Source: an uncultured Pelagibacteraceae bacterium (GTDB lineage: Bacteria; Pseudomonadota; Alphaproteobacteria; Pelagibacterales; Pelagibacteraceae). Taken from it: a stretch of 32,000 nt of DNA. The stretch is taken from NCBI GenBank assembly GCA_902528545.1, contig CABZTB010000003.1, positions 47,433-79,432 of the forward strand. The letters are read 5' to 3'. Of the stretch, positions 1-5,845 are shown one piece after another; the first letter of the stretch is position 1; each line of letters starts with the position of its first letter. Below the pieces are notes generated by a model, which ran no database searches, had not been told where the DNA came from, and saw nothing but the letters and a program-made list of their open reading frames with translations. The position numbers and the translations under genes were made by a program.

Positions 1-291
1 AGTATTAGAGGCAATATTGGATTTGATTTAGAAATGGATAATGGTTTATCTCTAATGACGATCTATGAAAGAAGTCAAAGTGAAATTGCTCATAGTGATA
101 CCTTATATATAGGGTTTGGCTATGTGCCTGTTGAAAGTACTGAGTATGCTATGAAATTAGATAATAATAAAGCATCTTTAAATTATAAAAGAAATTTAAG
201 TGGTTTTGATATCAACATAAGTTCCAACTATAGTTTAATAAGTGAAATTCCTGAATATGGAACAAACCTTGAATTAAGAAATACATTCTAA
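1..291 (+). CDS. C-terminal fragment of an outer-membrane beta-barrel / autotransporter-like protein (5' end lies outside the window)
   Basis: Frame 1 is open from nt 1, with no stop before the listed ATG at 34, so the ORF enters from the left edge. The sequence alternates hydrophobic and polar residues and ends ...LELRNTF. A C-terminal Phe is the usual OMP barrel signature. Confidence 0.4.
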   Translation, partial: SIRGNIGFDLEMDNGLSLMTIYERSQSEIAHSDTLYIGFGYVPVESTEYAMKLDNNKASLNYKRNLSGFDINISSNYSLISEIPEYGTNLELRNTF

Positions 292-329
292 ACTATTATT
301 AAGAGAGAGAATAACATATATTCATACTG

Positions 330-1742
330 ATGAAAAAATTCTTAGGCATAATTTTTCTGGGACTAATATTAAACAATAATGCTTTTGCTGGACCATATGA
401 AAGTTTGATAAAATTTAATAGATGGCTAAGCTTAAATGGTTATGATCAGTATTTAGATAAAACAGGAGATCCTGTTGATATGGTGCTTGATAGATCGCTT
501 TGTACATCTGAGGCAACTTGGGACGAATGTGTTGGAGCTGATGGAAAATTAATACCAACCAAAGATCGTAAATACACTCTAATTTATCCAAATAATTTAG
601 ATGTAAAAATAATGAAAAGGGGAGGTGGAAACGAAATAAATTATCAAGCCAATCCTAATTTTGGCACTTTACTCTTTTATGTTTTCCATTACTTAGAGGA
701 TATAAAAGGATTTGGTAAATATTTAGTACAACCATCTAAAAATCCAATTAAATTCAAATCAAATTTAATAGATGATAAAATTGTAAAAAAACAATTACAA
801 ACAAAAGCAATTCTAAGTTATCTTTATTTTGAAAATGATGAAATCATTGTTGATGAAATTTCACCTAAGGATCGTTTTGGTATTATCTTTAAAAATGATA
901 CTAAATGGAGTTCCATGTCGATGGGTAAAAGCTTAGTTTCTTACGTGACAGGTCATGCAATTTGTGGCGGTTATATTGATAGTATTGATACAACATTAAA
1001 CGACTGGCCTTTGATCAAGAACACTCTCTATTCTAAAAAAAAATTAATTGATATTCTAAACATGGCTGCTGGAGATCAACAATATGTTGATGATCATGAT
1101 GGATTAAAAAAGACTGGAAGATGGTACAATAGCTTTCCTATATCTGCTTTTGCTGATTTAGAATTAAAAGATTCAGAACCATCTAATTCTAAAAAGTATC
1201 ATTATAATGGTTTAGCAACAAATATTATAATGAACTATGTAATTTACAAAACTGATAAAGATTTTCAAAAACTTTTAAATGAAATTTTTCAAAAAAAAGC
1301 CAAAGTAGAAAATAGTGTATTTTTTTTAAAACAAAAAGGAATTTCAGATAAGCAAGGTCCAGGAAGATATTCATTTAGAGCTAGTAGATATGATTATCTA
1401 AGAATTGCAAAAGCAATCATGGATGATTATCAAAATGATACTTGTGTAGGTAAATATTTAAAAGAAATTCATGAAAGGAGAATTAAAAAAAATTTAAAAA
1501 AAGGACACGAACCTGGCTTTAATCTCTCGAGTACTTATGGTGGACAATTTCATATGGATTATCCAGGTCTAAAAAATAGGGTAGTTTTTGGTTTAGGAGG
1601 TTTTGGTGGTCAGGCGATTTTGATTGATGTGGAAAATTCAAGAATAGTTGTTCTAAATTCTTTGCATTATAATAACAAGAAATTCAAATATAATGTTAAA
1701 AAACTTTTATTAGATCCAATAAAAAACGGAAGATTAAATTAA
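330..1742 (+). CDS. Secreted serine hydrolase, beta-lactamase/PBP-related fold
   Basis: 470 aa. N-terminal signal peptide MKKFLGIIFLGLILNNNAFA|GP. SxxK-type motif in SMSMGKSLVSYVTGHAI. YHYNGLATNII resembles the YxN region. C-terminal GLGGFGGQAILIDVENSRIVVLNS resembles the third conserved box of class C-like hydrolases. Confidence 0.55.
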   Translation: MKKFLGIIFLGLILNNNAFAGPYESLIKFNRWLSLNGYDQYLDKTGDPVDMVLDRSLCTSEATWDECVGADGKLIPTKDRKYTLIYPNNLDVKIMKRGGGNEINYQANPNFGTLLFYVFHYLEDIKGFGKYLVQPSKNPIKFKSNLIDDKIVKKQLQTKAILSYLYFENDEIIVDEISPKDRFGIIFKNDTKWSSMSMGKSLVSYVTGHAICGGYIDSIDTTLNDWPLIKNTLYSKKKLIDILNMAAGDQQYVDDHDGLKKTGRWYNSFPISAFADLELKDSEPSNSKKYHYNGLATNIIMNYVIYKTDKDFQKLLNEIFQKKAKVENSVFFLKQKGISDKQGPGRYSFRASRYDYLRIAKAIMDDYQNDTCVGKYLKEIHERRIKKNLKKGHEPGFNLSSTYGGQFHMDYPGLKNRVVFGLGGFGGQAILIDVENSRIVVLNSLHYNNKKFKYNVKKLLLDPIKNGRLN

Positions 1743-1755
1743 AAAAATTTACTTA
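1731..1755 (+). repeat. Third copy of the core module (agattaaattaaaaaaatttactta)
   Basis: 23/25 identical to 3384-3408 (agataaaataaaaaaaatttactta). It overlaps the last three codons and the stop of the hydrolase ORF. Confidence 0.6.
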
Positions 1756-1773
1756 ATAATATTTATTCGAACC

Positions 1774-1791
1774 AGAGCATGACTAGAGCAT
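1774..1791 (+). repeat. Tandem word pair agagcat-gact-agagcat (11-bp period) upstream of the pilin gene
   Basis: agagcat at 1774-1780 and 1785-1791. It sits exactly 22 nt after the ctta of the junction, the same spacing as the word pair at 2356. Confidence 0.55.
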
Positions 1792-1813
1792 AGAGTGATG
1801 GTATAACAATGTT

Positions 1814-2314
1814 ATGAAACAAAAAGGTTTCACCCTAATAGAACTCCTAGTCGTAGTAGCCATCATTGGTATCCTTGCTGCAGTAGGAGTGGTTGTTTAT
1901 AATGGGTATACGAGTAATGCTAAAAATGCAGTTCTTAAAAATAATCATAAAACAATAATAAAAATGATTAAGGAAGATTTTGTTAAATGTGAAATTGAAG
2001 GAAAACTTGATAGATTTGTTTGGAGCAGTGGTGCAGTTAAAGAATATACAAACTGTACCCTCGCTTTTGATCAAGGTATTTTACAACAACATTTTTTTTT
2101 CGTCGGATTAAAAGACCCAATCTTTGTTAGACCTAGCGCTTGGGGAAATAGGAAAGTTATGGATTCAGGTGCCTTATGGGCTGGATCTCCAAGTGGTTCA
2201 TATAAAATAGGAAAAACTTTTGTTGAAAGTAGTTGGACTAATTTAAAAATCACAACATATATGACTGATGGGGTAACAAAATTAGAAGATAACTTAATAG
2301 TACCAAATAATTGA
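1814..2314 (+). CDS. Type IV pilin / pseudopilin-like protein with a prepilin-peptidase (class III) signal
   Basis: 166 aa. N-terminus MKQKG|FTLIELLVVVAIIGILAAVGVVVY is the canonical G/FTLIE cleavage and methylation motif plus hydrophobic helix. Variable C-terminal globular part has two Cys. Confidence 0.8.
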   Translation: MKQKGFTLIELLVVVAIIGILAAVGVVVYNGYTSNAKNAVLKNNHKTIIKMIKEDFVKCEIEGKLDRFVWSSGAVKEYTNCTLAFDQGILQQHFFFVGLKDPIFVRPSAWGNRKVMDSGALWAGSPSGSYKIGKTFVESSWTNLKITTYMTDGVTKLEDNLIVPNN

Positions 2315-2355
2315 ATTATTTTTATTGGAAAATCTTAATAATTAATTTTCAGATT
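2315..2355 (+). repeat. L module copy 1 (ATTATTTTTATTGGAAAAT + related tail)
   Basis: 19 nt at 2315-2333 are identical to 3586-3604. The following ~20 nt (cttaataattaattttcagatt) are about 65% identical to 3605-3624. Weaker similarity (8/12) extends 12 nt leftward. Confidence 0.7.
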
Positions 2356-2387
2356 CTCGGATCATTCTCGGATCTAGATAGATAAAT
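2356..2387 (+). repeat. Left bracket of the DUF4268 cassette: ctcggatc-att-ctcggatc + tagat + agataaat
   Basis: ctcggatcattctcggatct is identical to 3360-3379 and is followed by the shared agataaa core. The 8-mer repeats at 11-bp period. Confidence 0.8.
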
Positions 2388-2412
2388 TTATGATACATTA
2401 ATATAAAAAATT

Positions 2413-3354
2413 ATGGTTTCGAGACTTAAAAAACAAAAAATAAGAGATATCTGGAAAACAGAAGATAAAGACTTTACTCCATGGTTGGTTCAAAATATTG
2501 CACTTCTTAATGAAGATTTAGGCTTGAATATTCAAGATCCTGAAAGTGAAAAAAAGTTAGATACTTTCAAAGTAGATATCGTGGCTGAAGATGATCAAGG
2601 AAAAGTTATAATTGAAAATCAGTTTGAAAAATCTGATCACGATCATTTAGGAAAATTATTAACTTACATAAGTAACGTAGAAAATACTAAAAAAGCAATT
2701 TGGATTGTAGAAGATGTAAAACCAGAACATCACAGAGCAATAGAATGGCTTAATGCTAATGTAAAAACGTGCTTATTTTTTTTAGTGAAAATTCAAGTTT
2801 TTAAAATAAAGGATAGTGAGCCAGGAGCTCAATTCTTTTTATTATCAGGACCAGATGAAAATATTACGAAGGTTGGAAAAATTAAGGAAGAGGACTCAGA
2901 AAAAGAAAAAATTAAATTTAATTTTTGGTCAGCCTTTTATGAAAAATTAAAACAAAAAAGTAATATTTATAGTAACACAGCTCCAAAGGGCAGAAATTAT
3001 ATGGGTGTAAGTGCTGGGGTAAGAGGGGTCAACTACCTTGTTGCTGCAATGAACAGATCTGGCCAAGTAGAAATCTACATTGATAGAGGAAAAGAAGAGG
3101 GCAAAGAGGCAAATTTAAAAATTTATAATCATTTGGAGAAACATAAATCATCTATTGAAAAAGATTTTGGAAATGAATTAGAATGGAAAAGACTAGATGA
3201 CTCTAGGGCTTGTAGAATAGCATTTAAATCTGATTTAGGTGGTTTCCAAGATGAAGACACATGGGAGGATATTCACAATTTTCTAGTAGATCATTTGATA
3301 AAACTAGAAAAAGCTTTTAAAGGACCGATAAAAGAATTAGATAGGATTTTATAG
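2413..3354 (+). CDS. PD-(D/E)xK nuclease-like N-terminal domain fused to a DUF4268-like C-terminal domain
   Basis: 313 aa. FKVDIVAEDDQGKVIIENQFEKSDHDHLGKLLTY fits a D...E-x-Q/K restriction-endonuclease-fold core. C-terminal FNFWSAFYEKLKQK... resembles DUF4268 as I remember it. Not verified by HMM. Confidence 0.5.
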   Translation: MVSRLKKQKIRDIWKTEDKDFTPWLVQNIALLNEDLGLNIQDPESEKKLDTFKVDIVAEDDQGKVIIENQFEKSDHDHLGKLLTYISNVENTKKAIWIVEDVKPEHHRAIEWLNANVKTCLFFLVKIQVFKIKDSEPGAQFFLLSGPDENITKVGKIKEEDSEKEKIKFNFWSAFYEKLKQKSNIYSNTAPKGRNYMGVSAGVRGVNYLVAAMNRSGQVEIYIDRGKEEGKEANLKIYNHLEKHKSSIEKDFGNELEWKRLDDSRACRIAFKSDLGGFQDEDTWEDIHNFLVDHLIKLEKAFKGPIKELDRIL

Positions 3355-3357
3355 GAT
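3341..3357 (+). repeat. R module copy 1 (ATAGGATTTTATAGGAT)
   Basis: 17/17 identical to 7385-7401. It is internally atagga repeated at 10-bp period. It supplies the last codons and the TAG stop of the DUF4268-like ORF. Confidence 0.75.
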
Positions 3358-3359
3358 CC

Positions 3360-3392
3360 CTCGGATCATTCTCGGATCTGGGGAGATAAAAT
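3360..3392 (+). repeat. Right bracket of the DUF4268 cassette: ctcggatc-att-ctcggatc + tgggg + agataaaat
   Basis: Direct repeat of 2356-2387: 20 nt identical, 4-5 nt divergent, then the shared core. Confidence 0.8.
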
Positions 3393-3501
3393 AAAAAAAA
3401 TTTACTTATTCATCTTGTTCAATTATAAATATTGGCATAAACACTCATGAAATTCATTAATGCCCTCGTGGTGAAATTGGTAGACACAAAGGACTTAAAA
3501 T
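3383..3501 (+). repeat. Left copy of the 119-bp direct repeat (core + tRNA-Leu upstream region + 5' 40 nt of tRNA-Leu)
   Basis: Ungapped alignment with 7427-7545 gives 113/119 identities by my count. Four of the six mismatches cluster in the 10 nt just upstream of the tRNA 5' end. Confidence 0.9.
3462..3501 (+). pseudogene. Truncated tRNA-Leu(UAA) copy: acceptor 5' strand, D-arm, anticodon 5' stem and loop only
   Basis: gccctcgtggtgaaattggtagacacaaaggacttaaaat is identical to 7506-7545. Identity stops one nt past the anticodon loop. No variable arm, T-arm or 3' acceptor strand follows. Confidence 0.9.
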
Positions 3502-3523
3502 AGTTTGAATTGAGGAATTTCAG

Positions 3524-3550
3524 AGTCTCTTATAGTCTCTAATAGTCTTA
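3524..3550 (+). repeat. Three tandem words agtctct / agtctct / agtctta at 10-bp period
   Basis: Copies at 3524-3530, 3534-3540 and 3544-3550, beginning 23 nt after the tRNA-fragment breakpoint. Confidence 0.7.
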
Positions 3551-3585
3551 ATCCCTTATAATCCTAGAACTTTCTAAATCGTTGG

Positions 3586-3624
3586 ATTATTTTTATTGGA
3601 AAATATGAATAATAAATTCTGTTA
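3586..3624 (+). repeat. L module copy 2
   Basis: 3586-3604 is identical to 2315-2333. The tail atgaataataaattctgtta is related to 2334-2355. Confidence 0.7.
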
Positions 3625-3659
3625 AACTAGTAGCAAACTAGTAGTCAGAGAGATAAAAT
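3625..3659 (+). repeat. Left bracket of the 3-gene cassette: aactagtag-caa-actagtag + tcagag + agataaaat
   Basis: 33/35 identical to 7402-7436. The 8-mer actagtag repeats at 11-bp period. The core ends 5 nt before the ATG at 3665. Confidence 0.85.
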
Positions 3660-3664
3660 TTTAT

Positions 3665-5188
3665 ATGTTTGATTTTCTCAAAAACAATAAGTGGATTAAA
3701 TATTATGATGAAATTAAATCATATTTTAACCCAAGATTTTTAATTGATGCAATCATTCCTACAGATATCATTGATACAGCAAAAACAGTAGCAAGCAACA
3801 AATCAGAAGACCAAATATTTAGATTTATAATAGGGTGTGCAATAGTTAGAGGAATACTTATTGCAATTCCTGGAGATGTAGCTGTTGGATTATATATTGC
3901 CCAAGCTATTGATTTTGCAATGGCAGCTAACATAGCAAGACTAGTTGGTTTAGATTTTAAAAAAGAAAATATTTTTAAGTTGTTAGGAGCTGCAAGTCTT
4001 TCTGCAGTTGCTGTGCTTTATGCGTTTGAAAAAGTTTTAAATATTATATTTAAATTCGTAGCTAATTTACCAATTGCGGCACCAGCTTCATTTATTTCTA
4101 CTACAATTACTTCATTGTTTTTGGGTTTTTTTTGTTTTCTCGCTTTTACTGAAATTAAAAATAGTGGTAACAAAAAACTTAAAATACTATCTGTTGGAAA
4201 AATAGCTAAAAACGCATCTACCTTTACTTATAAAATCGGTAAAAATCTAATGACTTTGCTATTTAAAGATATGCCAGGACTTTTCAATCAAGTGAAAGAA
4301 AATGTTAAATCTTTTATGCAGCTAAACATTGACTATAAAAAAAAAATTAAGGGAGAATTTTTTTTTGCTGCAAGTATGGCTTATTTATTAGACGGAAAGA
4401 CACAAAGTTTTGATGGTCCTATAAGTCAAATGTGGCTGGATGCTTGGAGAATGTCGTATACCAATAAATTAGGCCCTGATGCCTCGATTGAAGATATTAA
4501 AAATTTAGCACAACAGTATCAGCCTGAGCAAATGCCTGGTGTTGAGAATTTGGTACAATCAAAATTTTATGAAATTTTGGAGGAAAACTATGAAAATATG
4601 GATGGAGATAATTGGTCAGCAAAACTTTTTACTGATCCGTCACATCCTGCTACTGATGTAAGATTTTATAACTCCGAGACTAATCAAACTTATGAAGTAA
4701 ACTACAAACTAACTGATGACTCTGAATATATTGAGCACCATTTAGAAAAATATCCTGATACACCAGTTGTAACTTCACCTGAAACAGCAGAGAAAATGAA
4801 TAATCCATTAGTCACCGGAGGTCAGTATGAAACTAAAGAAGTTATTAAATTATCAGATGATAATTTTATGAAATTATTAAATTCAAAACATTCACTTTAT
4901 TTGCAAGAGGGGGCCGCAGCAGCAGGTATTATTGTGCTATCAATTTATTTATTTCCTTTTTTCGTTCATTACTTCAAAGAAAATATTGATAGAGAACAAT
5001 TTATGTTAGCTGTTAAGAAATTTGTACCAGATGTTACTACCAAAACATTAAATAGAATAATAATGCTTACACTTATGGGGCCTATTTTTGGATGGTTTTT
5101 ATTAGCAAGATTTTTATTAAATATATCAACCCACGAAAGTGATAATGTTAAAGATATAAAGCAATTATTTTATAAACCCTTAGTATGA
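3665..5188 (+). CDS. Multi-pass membrane protein of unknown function (N-terminal DUF697-like region, central soluble domain, C-terminal TM hairpin)
   Basis: 507 aa. Hydrophobic segments at about aa 52-95, 105-125, 133-165, 415-437 and 465-487. ILIAIPGDVAVGLYIAQAIDFAMAANIARLVGL recalls the DUF697/YcjF-type motif (from memory, unverified). About 230 aa of central hydrophilic domain has no motif I recognise. Confidence 0.6.
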   Translation: MFDFLKNNKWIKYYDEIKSYFNPRFLIDAIIPTDIIDTAKTVASNKSEDQIFRFIIGCAIVRGILIAIPGDVAVGLYIAQAIDFAMAANIARLVGLDFKKENIFKLLGAASLSAVAVLYAFEKVLNIIFKFVANLPIAAPASFISTTITSLFLGFFCFLAFTEIKNSGNKKLKILSVGKIAKNASTFTYKIGKNLMTLLFKDMPGLFNQVKENVKSFMQLNIDYKKKIKGEFFFAASMAYLLDGKTQSFDGPISQMWLDAWRMSYTNKLGPDASIEDIKNLAQQYQPEQMPGVENLVQSKFYEILEENYENMDGDNWSAKLFTDPSHPATDVRFYNSETNQTYEVNYKLTDDSEYIEHHLEKYPDTPVVTSPETAEKMNNPLVTGGQYETKEVIKLSDDNFMKLLNSKHSLYLQEGAAAAGIIVLSIYLFPFFVHYFKENIDREQFMLAVKKFVPDVTTKTLNRIIMLTLMGPIFGWFLLARFLLNISTHESDNVKDIKQLFYKPLV

Positions 5189-5203
5189 GGCTACTTTTAA
5201 AAC

Positions 5204-5845
5204 ATGAAAATTAAGAACAAGAAACTATATAGAATAGATTTTAAACATAGCAAATCCACATGTAATTATGATGAGCATGATGATTATGATGAAATATATG
5301 GAAAGGCTGTAATTGATGAAGGAGATGACAATACTGAAAATTACGTTGATGCAGGTTTAATTGAAGCTTATTTTTTAAACGTAGAGGACATAAAAGAACC
5401 GGTTCATTTTTTATTAGACTCAATATCTGGTGATCATGAGCGTCTAGCTAAATATTTTGACGATGAAAATAAAATTAACGATAAAATTAGAAAATTACTC
5501 AAATTGAGCGAAGAGGATGTTAGAATGATGAGTCTAAATTTTCTCTATATTCATAAATTAAAAGTTTTAAAAAAGTACAGAGGATTAGGAATAGGAAAAA
5601 CCTTAATGCAAGCTATGATAAATGATTATAAAAGAGATAGTTCTCTTGCTTTTTTAATTGCTGCACCCTTGCAATTTAGTGGACGAGAAATAAACGATGA
5701 TCCCAGTGCTCAAGAAAGTTTTAACAATAGAACTGAAGCCCAATCAAGAAAGAAACTTATAGAGTTATATGAGAGTTATGGTTTTTTAAAGATACCTGGT
5801 GGTGAAGGTGATATGGTAGCTTATATTGGAGATTGGTTTTTTTAA
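5204..5845 (+). CDS. GNAT-family N-acetyltransferase with an acidic N-terminal extension
   Basis: 213 aa. LYIHKLKVLKKYRGLGIGKTLMQAMI is the GNAT motif A (R-x-x-G-x-G) acetyl-CoA loop. KLIELYESYGFLKI is motif-B-like. It starts 15 nt after the membrane-protein stop. Confidence 0.7.
   Translation: MKIKNKKLYRIDFKHSKSTCNYDEHDDYDEIYGKAVIDEGDDNTENYVDAGLIEAYFLNVEDIKEPVHFLLDSISGDHERLAKYFDDENKINDKIRKLLKLSEEDVRMMSLNFLYIHKLKVLKKYRGLGIGKTLMQAMINDYKRDSSLAFLIAAPLQFSGREINDDPSAQESFNNRTEAQSRKKLIELYESYGFLKIPGGEGDMVAYIGDWFF

Noticed and set aside
292-329. A possible degenerate L/core copy (attattaagagagagaataacat) upstream of the hydrolase gene
   Set aside because: It matches the core region at only about 11/15 and has no word pair. 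That is too weak in AT-rich DNA to call.
1705-1717. R-like sequence ttttattagatcc (11/13 match to ttttataggatcc) 13 nt upstream of core copy 1731
   Set aside because: It is short, lies inside coding sequence and has no accompanying word pair. It is suggestive of a collapsed junction but not supportable alone.
2092-2100. T9 homopolymer inside the pilin gene as a phase-variation switch
   Set aside because: A/T runs of 8-10 are common throughout this AT-rich window, including in essential genes such as the A-run in nusG near 11246. The tract is therefore not specific evidence.
3462-3585. The truncated tRNA-Leu as half of a functional split tRNA
   Set aside because: No matching 3' half (variable arm, T-arm, acceptor 3' strand) follows it or lies elsewhere in the window apart from the intact gene.
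1847-5423. Small antisense ORFs 1847-2074, 2071-2253, 3703-3933 and 5241-5423
   Set aside because: Each lies inside a longer, motif-bearing plus-strand ORF (pilin, membrane protein, GNAT).
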